DNA from: Candidatus Bathyarchaeota archaeon | Lineage (GTDB): Archaea > Thermoproteota > Bathyarchaeia > Bathyarchaeales > Bathycorpusculaceae | Reading direction: 5' to 3' | Length of the DNA: 64,000 nucleotides | Assembly: GCA_963775465.1 (NCBI GenBank) | Contig: CAVZIW010000008.1 | Span: 64,001 to 128,000, forward strand | Shown here: positions 50,059 through 60,630 of the stretch, piece by piece | How positions within the stretch are numbered: the first letter of the stretch is position 1 | Layout: each line of letters opens with the position of its first letter | Notes under the pieces: model-generated | Databases searched by the model: none | What the model saw: the letters and a program-made list of their open reading frames with translations, nothing else | What the model was told of the DNA's origin: nothing | Made by a program: the position numbers and the translations under genes

Positions 50059-51420
50059 TCATTCGACGAGTTTTTTCCTTGCGTCTTCAATGAGTTTAAC
50101 TGTCTGTAAGCGCCAAGGCTCAAACTCGTTAGGTGAGGTTGGGTATGTGTTGTAGTGTGCGCTTAAGCCCCTCATCATAGTAACAGTTAAACGTAGTCTG
50201 TTGAGGAAACCTACTCGTCTTAAGCCTCTGAAGACTCGTTTAGCGGTTTCGGTGATGTTTAGGTGGAAGTCGTCGCCCATGCCTGCTTTAAGGACGTCAT
50301 CTTCGGTCATGAGTTTTTCATTCATGCCATAATTTAGGTCTTCGTCACTGCAGGATAGCAGGAACATTTTGAAAATGTCAAGGGTACCTTGCTTCTTGCC
50401 ATATGTGTCGATGTATCTCTTGTTGTATCCCCAAAGTGCCTCTTTTGTCGGTTCACCTTTGCTGAGGGCTTCAACTATTTGTTGCCCAGCGAAGTAGCCG
50501 CTAAGCATTGATGGTCCGATACCGCCGCCGTGAATCGGATTTACTAGTGAAGCCGCATCGCCAACTAACATGATGCCGTTTGAAACCATGTTGTCGAGTG
50601 GTCTGCGGACAGGGTCAAACCATGAGCCTGCAGTCAAGATTAATGAGTCATCAAAGATTGGTTTTTTGAAGGCTGTATTGTATAACTGCTCTTTAGGGTT
50701 AGGGTAGTTGCCTCGCATGCATATGCCTAATCCAACGTTTACGCGTGCGCCGCCTTTGGGGAAAATCCAAATGTAGCCGCCAGGGGATGCTTTTTGGTTA
50801 AGGAAGATTTCGCAGTATCTGGTGTTTTCAGTTTCTTGTTTGAGCTGGCGAATTTCTCTGTAGCATGCTTCAACGTCTTGATTAGCAATTTCGCGGTCTA
50901 TGCCCATTTCCCCGGGGAGTTGTTTACGGACCATGCCGAAGTATCCAGTTGCATCAACAACAACTTTGCTGCGCATCTCTGTAACTTTGCTAGATTTCAT
51001 GTTTTTGGCTGATATTCCTACGACTGTGTTTTTTTCAATGATAGGTGAGCGAAAGTTCATGTTGTCCTGAAGAATTGCGCCTTTGTCGGTGGCTTTCTTG
51101 AGAATCCACTGTCCGAATAAGCGTCTGTTGAGAAGATAGCCGATAAAGTCTTTGTCGGCAATTGTGAAGATGGTGTTTTCGTCTGGGGAGTAGATTTTTA
51201 TGCCGTCTATTTTTGCTTCAAGTTCGCCGCCTGTGGGTTTTTCTAAACCTAAAAATTTTAGGTGATGCTCGCCTAGGGCGTCTCCGCAGACTTTTTCTCC
51301 GATCTCTTCGGTTGGTTTCTTTTCTATTAAGCAGACTTTTAGGCCTTTTTCAGCGATGGTTTTTGCTGCAAGGCAGCCTGCTGTTCCTGCGCCAACAACT
51401 ATGGCATCATATTTTTCCAT
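50059..51420 (-). CDS. Geranylgeranyl reductase family protein (archaeal lipid DGGGPL reductase-like)
   Basis: VVGAGTAG, KVCG, DATG, GYIWIFPK, GDAA..VNPIHGGGI motifs. Confidence 0.9.
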   Translation of the reverse strand: MEKYDAIVVGAGTAGCLAAKTIAEKGLKVCLIEKKPTEEIGEKVCGDALGEHHLKFLGLEKPTGGELEAKIDGIKIYSPDENTIFTIADKDFIGYLLNRRLFGQWILKKATDKGAILQDNMNFRSPIIEKNTVVGISAKNMKSSKVTEMRSKVVVDATGYFGMVRKQLPGEMGIDREIANQDVEACYREIRQLKQETENTRYCEIFLNQKASPGGYIWIFPKGGARVNVGLGICMRGNYPNPKEQLYNTAFKKPIFDDSLILTAGSWFDPVRRPLDNMVSNGIMLVGDAASLVNPIHGGGIGPSMLSGYFAGQQIVEALSKGEPTKEALWGYNKRYIDTYGKKQGTLDIFKMFLLSCSDEDLNYGMNEKLMTEDDVLKAGMGDDFHLNITETAKRVFRGLRRVGFLNRLRLTVTMMRGLSAHYNTYPTSPNEFEPWRLQTVKLIEDARKKLVE

Positions 51421-51492
51421 GAACGTGTTCTCCTAGTTTGTTACTTTACTTTGTATACCTTGTTGTATATGTAAAGCTTAATAAATTATGAA

Positions 51493-51951
51493 GTGAGCAA
51501 AAGCACACTGAGTGTATATCACATGGGTGTCCCGCTGACTTTGAGCGCTGAATTTCGCAAGATTGTTGAAGCTCGAATGGATCAGGTGCTTCATGGTGTT
51601 GAAGAAGTTTTCAATGAAATTATCGAAAAACAAAAAATTACCCCCGCCGAGCTCAAAGTCGAATTGGAGAGCCTTCAAGAGAGTTTTAACCTTTTATTCC
51701 AGAAATGGAGTCTTGAAATTCTCTACACTCTACTTTTAAAAGATACTTTAGGTTTTGGCGGCGTAAAAAAAATCTTGGGTGTAAACTCCCGAACGCTTTC
51801 AGATAAGCTAAAAATGTTACAAACCCGCGGCTACATTACTCGAAATGTTATCAAAGGTCCTCCCCTGCGAGTTGATTACTCATTAACCTCTAAGGGAAAA
51901 AACACTGTGTTGTTGGCTTTGCCATTGTTATATTATTCCAGTTCAACATAA
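51493..51951 (+). CDS. HxlR-family winged-helix regulator
   Basis: KWSLEIL, SRTLSDKLK.L and PPLRVDYSLT.KG motifs. Confidence 0.85.
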   Translation: MSKSTLSVYHMGVPLTLSAEFRKIVEARMDQVLHGVEEVFNEIIEKQKITPAELKVELESLQESFNLLFQKWSLEILYTLLLKDTLGFGGVKKILGVNSRTLSDKLKMLQTRGYITRNVIKGPPLRVDYSLTSKGKNTVLLALPLLYYSSST

Positions 51952-51953
51952 AC

Positions 51954-52457
51954 TTAGGTAGTTGGGTTTTTTCTAATTATTTTAGGCATGCTAGTTGTTT
52001 CCTTAACTGTTTCAAAAACCATGCAAGTTAGCGTTTTGTCTAAGCCATTAATTAACCGTAATTTATCCACTACAAACTTTCCAATAGCTTCCACATTCTC
52101 AGCGCGCAACTTTACAAGCAAATCCCAGTCTCCGGTAATGATGTGAACTTCTTGAACTTCCGGAAAGTGTGCGATTTCTTCTGCGACATCTCTTTGCGAT
52201 ATCGGGTGGTCGTTGTTTTTGGTCCCATAGGAGACTGAGGCTAAGATGAAGGCAGCAGTGCCTAAGTCGAGTTTTTCTGGGTTGAGGATGGCACGGTATT
52301 GTTTTATTATGCCCATTTCTTCCATACGTTTGGTTTTTGCAAATACGGTGGTTAGTGGGGTGTTGATTTTTTTGGCGATTTGGTTGGCTGTGAGTTTGCT
52401 GTTTTCTTGGATGAGGGTGAGGATGGCTATGTCTTTTTCGTCTAGTTTTACGTTCAT
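51954..52457 (-). CDS. Lrp/AsnC-family regulator, divergent from asnA
   Basis: LDEKD..IL, HTH and EVHIITGDWDLL RAM domain. Confidence 0.92.
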   Translation of the reverse strand: MNVKLDEKDIAILTLIQENSKLTANQIAKKINTPLTTVFAKTKRMEEMGIIKQYRAILNPEKLDLGTAAFILASVSYGTKNNDHPISQRDVAEEIAHFPEVQEVHIITGDWDLLVKLRAENVEAIGKFVVDKLRLINGLDKTLTCMVFETVKETTSMPKIIRKNPTT

Positions 52458-52574
52458 ATGTAAAAATTACAGGATTCAGCTATAAAAACATGTAGTATTT
52501 GTAAATTATCCAGGTTTTATTATAAAAAATTTATTACCTGCAAAGTACATTGTACCCAACATACAAACTATCCA

Positions 52575-53549
52575 GTGGTTAAATTGACAAAACAAGAATT
52601 AATAGAAATTCCAAAAGCGTTAGAGCAACTAACGGAAACTGAAATTCAAAGAAAAGCCTGCATAGGCAAAATAATGACTTACACCCTCAAAAGCCTCACA
52701 AACACCTTCGTTAACAAAGGCTTCCAATGGCTCCTTCCCGTTGCATTGAGCCAAAGTACCGATCCCCTCTGGCCAGACCCCGGGGCATCAATCGAAAAAC
52801 GCATCGAGGTCGACATTTACGGCAAACCTGTTCGCACAACTGCAAGCATGATTATCCATAAACTTGTCGCCTCCTCAACTGCATATCCTAAACTCTTCAT
52901 CCTCTCACCTAACATCAGAATTGAAAAGGCAGAACGTGCCAAAACAGGAAAACACATCTACGAATTTACACAATTAGACTTCGAAGTTCGAAACGCCAGC
53001 AGTAAAGAAATCTTCGAGATGGTTGAAGAAGCAATCGTTACTTTAGTTAAGGATTTAAAGAAAGATATGAAAAGTGAATTAACCACTCTCTGTCGTTGCG
53101 ATACCCTCAAAGTTCCCAAAACACCATTTAAAATTTATAACCGCATAGATTTAGAAGCCAAATATGGCACAGATTGGGAAGCAGGGATAGCCAAAGAAAC
53201 AACCGAGCCCGTTTGGGTGATTAACATCCCGCGAGAATTTTACGACTTTGAAGACTTCAAAACAGGTAATTGGGACAACTATGACTTGTTCTTGCCCCAA
53301 TTCGGTGAAGTCCTATCAGGCGCTAAACGTGAATATGAATACGAAAAAATCCTGACAAAGATTGAACGAGACCAGGTCAAAAAAGAAAACTATGCACTTG
53401 TGCTTAAAATGGCAAAAGAAGGTAAACTAAAGCCGACAGCCGGCGGAGGCATAGGAATGGAACGTTTAGTTGGCTGGCTTGCAGGAGTCAAGCACATCGC
53501 AGAATGTCAACCATTTCCACGTGTACCCGGAACCGTTAACGAACTTTAA
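52575..53549 (+). CDS. asnA: Archaeal asparagine synthetase A (AsnRS/AspRS catalytic-core paralog)
   Basis: STDPL, SMIIHK, SPNIRIE, EFTQLD, GEVLSG..RE and GGIGMERL motifs, with no anticodon domain. Confidence 0.9.
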   Translation: MVKLTKQELIEIPKALEQLTETEIQRKACIGKIMTYTLKSLTNTFVNKGFQWLLPVALSQSTDPLWPDPGASIEKRIEVDIYGKPVRTTASMIIHKLVASSTAYPKLFILSPNIRIEKAERAKTGKHIYEFTQLDFEVRNASSKEIFEMVEEAIVTLVKDLKKDMKSELTTLCRCDTLKVPKTPFKIYNRIDLEAKYGTDWEAGIAKETTEPVWVINIPREFYDFEDFKTGNWDNYDLFLPQFGEVLSGAKREYEYEKILTKIERDQVKKENYALVLKMAKEGKLKPTAGGGIGMERLVGWLAGVKHIAECQPFPRVPGTVNEL

Positions 53550-53562
53550 ACGCGTGATAACA

Positions 53563-55458
53563 ATGAATCCTTATCTTGAAGCATTACACCCCAAACTGTC
53601 TGCAGCTGACTTTAAAAAACTCAGCGCGATTGACAATCCAAATGTCCATGAATTCATCGCAAAAGAAAGCGACCTATGTCACCCCGAAAAAATCTTCATT
53701 TGTAGCGATAGCGCAGAAGATCTAGCCCGTGTTCGTAAACAAGCTATAGCTACAGGCGAAGAACAAGCCATCTTAACCATAACAGGACATACTGTTCACT
53801 TCGACGGTGAACACGATCAAGGGCGTGACCGTCAAGCAACCAAATATCTTGTTCCCAAAGGAATTACTTTAAGCAAAGCTCTAAACCAGATGGATCGACA
53901 AGAAGGGTTGGCTGAAGTACGTGGTTTGCTCAGGGACACAATGATGGGCAAAACAATGATTGTGCGTTTTATTGCTCTTGGGCCTCCAAACTCTATGTTT
54001 ACAATTTTAGGTTTGCAAGCAACTGACTCCTGGTATGTTGCCCACTCTGAATCTTTACTCTACCGACCTGGCTACGAACAATTCATTAAAGCAGGTCCAA
54101 AAAGCGATTTTCTACGTGTTATTCATTCTGCGGGACGATTAAACGGCGACATGGTCAGCGAAGATTACACTAAAAAACGAATTTACATTGATCAAATGGA
54201 CAACACTATCTACAGCGTCAATACCCAATACGCGGGTAACTCAGTAGGATTTAAAAAACTGGCTTTTCGCTTAGCCATAAGGAAAGCAAGCAGTGAAGGC
54301 TGGTTAGCAGAACATATGCTCCTTATGGGTGTTTTTGGTCCTGGCGGACGTAAGACCTACTTTGCTGGTGCCTTCCCAAGTGCATGTGGAAAAACTTCAA
54401 CTGCTATGTTGCCTGGAGAAACTATCCTGGGTGATGATATTGCATACATCCGAGATGTCGATTCAGCTGCTCGTGCAGTAAACGTTGAATCGGGCATATT
54501 TGGAATCATTCAAGATGTTAATCCTAAAGATGATGCTTTAATCTGGAGAGTTTTGACTCATCCAGGTGAAATAATCTTCTCAAACATTTTGGTGAAGGAT
54601 GGCAAACCTTATTGGCTTGGTATGGGACAGGAACTGCCCAAAGATGGCTGTAACTTCAGTGGAACATGGTTTGAGGGCAAGAAAGATGAAGTTGGCAATG
54701 AAGTTCAGGCAGCACATAAAAACGCTCGTTATGCAGTAGCTCTTAAAGCACTGGAGAATTGTGATCCCGAACTTAATAACCCGAATGGGGTGGAACTTGG
54801 AGGCATTATGTATGGCGGACGAGACGCGAAAGCTTACGTGCCTGTTCAGCAAAGTTTCAGTTGGGAACATGGCATAATTGCTTATGGTGCGTCTTTGGAA
54901 ACAGAAACAACGTTCGCAACAATCGGCAAAGAAGGTGTACCTGAGATTAACATGATGAGTATTCAAGACTTCATAAGCATCCCTCTGGGCAAAAACGTTC
55001 AAAACAATCTTGACTTTGGAAGCAAACTAAAAAAGCAACCTATAGTGTTCGGCGTTAACTATTTTCTCAAAGAAGTTGAAAACGGCAAATACCTAAACAG
55101 TCCCCAAGACAAGCATGTTTGGATAAAATGGATGGAGCTTCGAGTCCACGGCGAAGTTGAGGCGGTTAAAACACCTACAGGGTATATTCCAAAATATGAA
55201 GATCTGCGTAAAATCTTCAAGCAAGTGCTTAACAAAAACTATACCAGTGAAGAATACATCAAACAATTTACTATAAGGATTCCAGAAAACATAGCTAAGA
55301 TTGACCGAGTATCAAGGTTTTATCAAGAAAATGTATCCGACACTCCGCTGGAGCTCTTTGGTATGCTCTATATGCAGCGCCAACGCTTACTGGAAGCCCA
55401 AGCAAAATATGGCGATTATATTTCCCCTGAAAATTTTGAAAAAGAAGCAGGACCCTAA
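53563..55458 (+). CDS. pckG: Phosphoenolpyruvate carboxykinase (GTP)
   Basis: YAGNS..KK, EHM, FPSACGKT, GDDIA, N.E.GIFG and GGR motifs. Confidence 0.95.
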   Translation: MNPYLEALHPKLSAADFKKLSAIDNPNVHEFIAKESDLCHPEKIFICSDSAEDLARVRKQAIATGEEQAILTITGHTVHFDGEHDQGRDRQATKYLVPKGITLSKALNQMDRQEGLAEVRGLLRDTMMGKTMIVRFIALGPPNSMFTILGLQATDSWYVAHSESLLYRPGYEQFIKAGPKSDFLRVIHSAGRLNGDMVSEDYTKKRIYIDQMDNTIYSVNTQYAGNSVGFKKLAFRLAIRKASSEGWLAEHMLLMGVFGPGGRKTYFAGAFPSACGKTSTAMLPGETILGDDIAYIRDVDSAARAVNVESGIFGIIQDVNPKDDALIWRVLTHPGEIIFSNILVKDGKPYWLGMGQELPKDGCNFSGTWFEGKKDEVGNEVQAAHKNARYAVALKALENCDPELNNPNGVELGGIMYGGRDAKAYVPVQQSFSWEHGIIAYGASLETETTFATIGKEGVPEINMMSIQDFISIPLGKNVQNNLDFGSKLKKQPIVFGVNYFLKEVENGKYLNSPQDKHVWIKWMELRVHGEVEAVKTPTGYIPKYEDLRKIFKQVLNKNYTSEEYIKQFTIRIPENIAKIDRVSRFYQENVSDTPLELFGMLYMQRQRLLEAQAKYGDYISPENFEKEAGP

Positions 55459-55596
55459 ACGGGGAAACTGAAAACAATACTTTCTTTTTTCCTTTTTTAG
55501 GTGAAATTCTTAAATGTAACCTGCATACAGATTGCTAATTCACAATTGTTAAGTAACAACTCAGCCAAATTGGAAATCAAAATGTAGTGAAGAAAA

Positions 55597-55836
55597 ATGA
55601 TGATGAAAACTATGAAGAAACTGGACAAGAAATGTCCGGAATACTCCTTGAACCTTGATACCATTGCTGATGACGGTTCGTTCAAATGCCCCAAATGTGG
55701 CATGCCAATTTCACCTGACGACGAATCAGAAGAAAACTACAAAATCTTGGACACAAAAGTACTTAATAACGAGCTCTCCGAACTTGTTATTTCATGCAAT
55801 AAATGCTGCAGCATCATCAAACTAAACATGCTCTAA
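55597..55836 (+). CDS. Small zinc-finger protein
   Basis: DGSFKCPKCG..ISPDD...CNKC. Confidence 0.7.
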   Translation: MMMKTMKKLDKKCPEYSLNLDTIADDGSFKCPKCGMPISPDDESEENYKILDTKVLNNELSELVISCNKCCSIIKLNML

Positions 55837-55941
55837 TAAGGCTCAGCAACAGTTGACTCTTGGCGTCTTACTTTAACTTCAGTTTTTTTAAGCCTGATGA
55901 ATAGGACAAACCTTTATTCTTCTAATAACACATTTTTCTTG

Positions 55942-56568
55942 ATGATGCAAATGTTGGTTGAAACCTTCACTGTTGGAATGTTATCTACCAATTGTTATGT
56001 TGCGAGTTGCCCCCAAACCAAAGATGCGATTATAATTGACCCCGGTTTGGAGTTGCCCGTTGAAGCTCAACCAATTGTTGATTACATATCTGAAGCTGAG
56101 CTAAACATGAAATTCATTGTTAATACCCATGGTCATTCTGACCACGTTAAGGGCAACGTCTATTTCCAGCAGAAATACAAGGTTCCACTTTGTATTCATC
56201 CTCTTGACGCTCACTTTATAGCGGAATTTACGACAAACAACTACCTCCCAAACAAAATGCTTGAAGAAGGCAACATCCTAAGCTATGGTCAAGAATTGCT
56301 CAAAGTTTTGCATACACCGGGACATACTCCAGGTAGCATTTGTCTTGTAGGAGAAAAACTCATTTTCTCAGGTGACACCTTGTTTGCAGGCAGCATAGGA
56401 CGAACCGATTTTCCCGGCGGCTCAAATAGTGACATGCAACTTTCTCTACAAAAAATAGTTACGTTACCCGACTGTTTGCTGGTTTATCCGGGGCATGGTG
56501 AGACCACAATGATTGGGGAAGAAAAAAGAATCAACCCTTTCATTAGAAACAAAGGTATTCTGTTTTAG
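55942..56568 (+). CDS. MBL-fold metallo-hydrolase (glyoxalase II/YcbL-like)
   Basis: NCY, THGHSDH, HTPGHT, SGD and PGHG motifs. Confidence 0.9.
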   Translation: MMQMLVETFTVGMLSTNCYVASCPQTKDAIIIDPGLELPVEAQPIVDYISEAELNMKFIVNTHGHSDHVKGNVYFQQKYKVPLCIHPLDAHFIAEFTTNNYLPNKMLEEGNILSYGQELLKVLHTPGHTPGSICLVGEKLIFSGDTLFAGSIGRTDFPGGSNSDMQLSLQKIVTLPDCLLVYPGHGETTMIGEEKRINPFIRNKGILF

Positions 56569-57558
56569 TTAGTAGTAACTTGGTTGTTCACTGATTTCTT
56601 TTAATGCTCGTAGTCGTTTGATAATGTTCGGGTGGGTAGAAAAGATTTCTACAAGTTTATCACTTGAAGTAGGCTGCTTTGATAGTGTATCTCGTAGCAA
56701 ATCTTCTTTATTTGCAACGTGATTGGCGTGTAATTCTGCGGAGTCTGCGGTTGCGCGTTCTGGGTCAGCAATGAAGAGTGCTTTGTAGGCTGTTTTACTG
56801 TTTCTTTCCTCTTTTTTGGTCTTGCCCATTTGATGTTTGCTTTCTTCAACTATTGTGACTAAGCCTGTGGAGAGTTTTTGGGCTCCGTTTTCAACGATTT
56901 GGGCACTGTGTCTGTCCGCGTAGTATTCACGCAATCTGCTTAGGTATAATGTGAATAGGGTTAGTATCCATGAGAAGGCCATGAAGGCTATTCCAAAGAG
57001 CGCGTTGTTTCCTCCTTCATTTCTGCGTCCTCCTCCAAAAATCCCTGACAACATAAGTGAGTAACCAATGTAATAGAAGAGTGCGGGAAGGAAAGAGACA
57101 ACCATCATGACTTGGACATCTCTGTGTTTTAGATGACCAAGCTCGTGTCCTATTACTGCTTCAACTTCGCCCTCATCCAGATTCTTGAGTAGTCCTTCGG
57201 TTACCGCAACGCGGCTACCTGAAAGGGGTGAACCATAAGCGAAAGCGTTAGGTAGTTGAATTTGAGATAACATCAGTTTTGGAGTGGATATTTTACTTTT
57301 CTTGCTCAGTTCAGAAACCATTTGGTGCAATTTCGGATTCTCGTCAGATTTCATTTCTTTTACTTTATAGATGGCGCCAACTAAGTATGGGGCTAATAGC
57401 CATTGAACCACATTAAGAGCGACAACGAGAATACCGATAGTTAAGATGCTTAAACCTATTCCAGCCCAAAACAGAACTGCTGTAAATACAAGTGTTGTTA
57501 AACCAAAGATTGCAGCTAAAGTTGCAGCCATAGAAAGACGTAGTTTCCAAGTGTTCAT
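56569..57558 (-). CDS. htpX: Zinc metalloprotease HtpX
   Basis: PNAFAYG, HELGH, SRLREYYAD and STHP motifs. Confidence 0.93.
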   Translation of the reverse strand: MNTWKLRLSMAATLAAIFGLTTLVFTAVLFWAGIGLSILTIGILVVALNVVQWLLAPYLVGAIYKVKEMKSDENPKLHQMVSELSKKSKISTPKLMLSQIQLPNAFAYGSPLSGSRVAVTEGLLKNLDEGEVEAVIGHELGHLKHRDVQVMMVVSFLPALFYYIGYSLMLSGIFGGGRRNEGGNNALFGIAFMAFSWILTLFTLYLSRLREYYADRHSAQIVENGAQKLSTGLVTIVEESKHQMGKTKKEERNSKTAYKALFIADPERATADSAELHANHVANKEDLLRDTLSKQPTSSDKLVEIFSTHPNIIKRLRALKEISEQPSYY

Positions 57559-57658
57559 GCTCTCTCACTATCTATTTCTCATGTTTCTTTACGGGCGCTT
57601 ATAACTTTTATGCGGTAAATCTAACCAAACACAAATGAAAGACAATGAGATGAATTTT

Positions 57659-58378
57659 TTACTTTGCATGAGCGACAATGATGAGTCTGTCAGCCTTAGC
57701 GGTGAACATTTGTTCTTCATAACCGCCAAAAACCTGTTTTACTTCAAAATCTGCCTCCTCCATAATCTTCTTTAAGTGTTTTAATTCATACAATCGTACG
57801 ATATGTGAATACGAATATTTTTTCCCGTTTGTTTTATCGTGAACCGTCCATGAGTCGTAAAGCCACTCTCCATCGAAGCTTACTGTTCTTTTTTGATCGA
57901 GAAAGAAATCGGGGTATTCGATCCGTTTGCTCTTTTCACTTCTATACTTTCTGATTATTTGGTCTTTATTGAATAAATCCAAAACAACTTTTGAATTATC
58001 TTTAACCACTTTTCTAAGCTCTATCAAGACCTTTTTATCATCCTCTTTCGTAGGTAGATACCCCAAACTTGTATCCATGCTGATTGCCGCAAAAAAAGCG
58101 GTGATTTTGAATGGCAAAAAACGGATGTCGGCTCGGATGAGGTGGATTTGTCTATTTTGTTGTTTGGCCACTTGGAGGAGTTTCATGGAAATATCCAACC
58201 CTGCCATTTCAAATCCTAATCTGCTTAGGGCAATCATGTGTCGTCCAGTTCCACAAGCTAGGTCCAAGACGAAACCTTGAGGCTTTAGATGATTTTTTAT
58301 AAAGCTGATTTGGCGCTCCGTCTGGTTTTCTTCTGCGATTTCAGCCCAATATTTTCCCATTTCATCAAATACATTCAT
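57659..58378 (-). CDS. Class I SAM-dependent methyltransferase
   Basis: VLDLACGTGRH, GLDIS and ADIR motifs. Confidence 0.88.
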   Translation of the reverse strand: MNVFDEMGKYWAEIAEENQTERQISFIKNHLKPQGFVLDLACGTGRHMIALSRLGFEMAGLDISMKLLQVAKQQNRQIHLIRADIRFLPFKITAFFAAISMDTSLGYLPTKEDDKKVLIELRKVVKDNSKVVLDLFNKDQIIRKYRSEKSKRIEYPDFFLDQKRTVSFDGEWLYDSWTVHDKTNGKKYSYSHIVRLYELKHLKKIMEEADFEVKQVFGGYEEQMFTAKADRLIIVAHAK

Positions 58379-58603
58379 TTGTATGTCGTCTATATCTTGT
58401 CATCTAATGTTCAATAATTATATTATTGTGACGTAGATAGCGATTTAGTTTTGAGAGCTTCTAATTTAAAGGGAAATAGCAGAATTAGTAGTTCTCGCGA
58501 TTTTGTAATGAGGTTTTAGAGTTATCTAAAGGTATGAAATCTGTGAGACTTCGAGTCGCTTAAATATTTACGATGCTATTTTTCTTCCAATGGAGAAGAA
58601 GTA

Positions 58604-59293
58604 TTGACGGAAAAGCAACAGTGGCAGCACCTTTACATGCTCCTAAAACTTGCCGAAATGGGTGCCTATAAGCGAATTGCGAAAATCTCAACCGATTACT
58701 TAGCTAGAAAACTTGGGATTTCCCAGCAAACCGCTTCACGACATTTGATTGAGCTTGAACGTGAAGGCTGGATTCAACGTAATATAACTCCAGAAGGCAG
58801 CTTGATAATAATCGAAGAGCAAGGTGCTAAAGAACTTCAGAAATTGCGTTCGAGTTTAAATGTATTAATTGAGAAATCTTATCCTCCATCTGTTACATTG
58901 GAAGGAACAGTTTTTACGGGTCTAGGTGAAGGCGCTTACTATATTTGCAAAGAGCATTATCGCAAGCAAATTATGGAGAAACTGGGTTTTGAACCATTTC
59001 CAGGTACTCTAAACATTAGGCTTTCCATGGATTATGATATAAAAACTCGTATGGAACTTGACACTTTCCCTGCCATAGAGCTCAAGGGCTTCAGAAATGA
59101 GGATCGTACATTTGGTTTGGTGAAATGTTATCCTGCGGTTATAGGAGGGACAATTAAAGGTGCATTGATAACTGCTCTTCGAAGCCACTATGATGCTTCG
59201 GTTTTAGAGATAATTGCACCTGTTTGTCTGCGGAGTCATCTAGGGCTTAAAGACGGCAACAAAGTCAAAGTCGAAGTCTACACTATGCCGTGA
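58604..59293 (+). CDS. ribK: HTH + CTP-dependent riboflavin kinase (RbkR/RibK)
   Basis: N-terminal SQQTASR HTH, then GLGEGAYY, PFPGTLN and EIIAP..LR motifs. Confidence 0.92.
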   Translation: MTEKQQWQHLYMLLKLAEMGAYKRIAKISTDYLARKLGISQQTASRHLIELEREGWIQRNITPEGSLIIIEEQGAKELQKLRSSLNVLIEKSYPPSVTLEGTVFTGLGEGAYYICKEHYRKQIMEKLGFEPFPGTLNIRLSMDYDIKTRMELDTFPAIELKGFRNEDRTFGLVKCYPAVIGGTIKGALITALRSHYDASVLEIIAPVCLRSHLGLKDGNKVKVEVYTMP

Positions 59294-59295
59294 CT

Positions 59296-59904
59296 CTAAA
59301 AAGGTGAAGTCCTGTACTTGAATTGTTTATGCTCAGTTGTGGGTTTTCGTCTTGAAGCAATTAAGTAACCAACGAGTAAGCCGAAAACTAATCCACCTAA
59401 ATGCGCCAAAATATTTACTCCTTCCCCGCTGTTAATAAAGAACAAAAAGAATGCGAAAACTAATCCTCCTAAAATCGATTGCCTGACAGAGCGCCTGTCA
59501 TAAATCACGCATGCACCAAAAAGCGAGAAGATTGCACCTGAAGCTCCTACTCCTGCAACATATAGGGGGCCAAACTGCAAGTAAAGAAGGTTACCTGCTA
59601 GTCCGCCTAGAATGTAGATTCCCAAAAATTCAGGTAACGAGAACATTTCTTCGCCACGCAATCCAAAGATTAACAGGAAAAGCAAGTTACCCACTAAATG
59701 GAATATTGAGGCATGGATGAACATAGATGTGAGCAGTTGCCAATAAGCTCCTTCATATAAAACTAAACCGTTTACTTGCCCCCAAGTTACGTAGACTTCT
59801 GGGCTTGTTTGTAGTGCGTTTCCTCCCACTATCGCGCCTGCAATGTAGATGGCCACGTTTATGCCGATTAGAATGTATGTTGGCTTGTACTTTTCGCATC
59901 CCAT
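59296..59904 (-). CDS. Rhomboid intramembrane serine protease
   Basis: WQL.TSMFIH, HL.GN, GASG and AHLGG motifs. Confidence 0.9.
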   Translation of the reverse strand: MGCEKYKPTYILIGINVAIYIAGAIVGGNALQTSPEVYVTWGQVNGLVLYEGAYWQLLTSMFIHASIFHLVGNLLFLLIFGLRGEEMFSLPEFLGIYILGGLAGNLLYLQFGPLYVAGVGASGAIFSLFGACVIYDRRSVRQSILGGLVFAFFLFFINSGEGVNILAHLGGLVFGLLVGYLIASRRKPTTEHKQFKYRTSPF

Positions 59905-59917
59905 AATTGTGCAACCA

Positions 59918-60379
59918 TTATTTGGCGAATTTATCAATTATTTTCTGTCTAATCTTAGATGAACTATCTAAAGCATTCTCCCCAAACTTACCTATCCTAA
60001 CCACAACAATAGGAAGACAATTAGCTTCGATGTACGTTTTAACTTCATCTTCCATTCCTGATTGATCATAGCCCAAAGCGATGATATCCGGCTTTGTTTT
60101 TTCGATAACTTCACCTATATGAAAACGCTCATAGCCAAGGACAACATCATCAACAACCTTCAACGACTTGACCAAAGCGCACCGTTGGTCTTCGGACATT
60201 ATTGGTTTTCTGCCCTTAGTTTTTTCCACAGTTGTATCCCGCGCAACGATGACGACTAACTTCGCTTTTTCTCCACCTGATTTCTTGGCTTCCTCCAGAA
60301 ACCTTACGTGACCTAAGTGCAACAGGTCAAAAACACCTGAAGCTAAAACTACTTTTCTTTTATTTGATTTGTTGGCCAT
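59918..60379 (-). CDS. ribL: FAD synthase RibL
   Basis: ASGVFDLLHLGH, VARD, LGYDQ and SSSKI motifs. Confidence 0.88.
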   Translation of the reverse strand: MANKSNKRKVVLASGVFDLLHLGHVRFLEEAKKSGGEKAKLVVIVARDTTVEKTKGRKPIMSEDQRCALVKSLKVVDDVVLGYERFHIGEVIEKTKPDIIALGYDQSGMEDEVKTYIEANCLPIVVVRIGKFGENALDSSSKIRQKIIDKFAK

Positions 60380-60630
60380 TCGAATTCCACAGCGCCCATT
60401 AATCTTAACGCGTCAAGTATGCCTTCACAGTAAACGACGCTAGCTAAACTGGTTTCAAGCTTTCCTTGAGTTTTATAATATTTTGCATCTTTTAAATAAT
60501 CAGTTGCCCAATGCAGAATTTCCGTTATCTTCTCCTCATTTAGGTTGATAGGCGTTGGGTTAAGAATTATTTTGTTAAGTACTTTTTCAGCCATTGAAAT
60601 GTATTTAGTTGCTAGCGTTTCCAAGCTCAT
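60349..60630 (-). CDS. DUF357 protein
   Basis: YLKDAKYY...YCEGILDA. Confidence 0.85.
   Translation of the reverse strand: MSLETLATKYISMAEKVLNKIILNPTPINLNEEKITEILHWATDYLKDAKYYKTQGKLETSLASVVYCEGILDALRLMGAVEFEWPTNQIKEK

Noticed and set aside
58515-58530. Palindrome TTTAGA-GTTA-TCTAAA as an RbkR operator
   Set aside because: It is a single AT-rich palindrome with no second copy seen at ribL, which is too weak to call.
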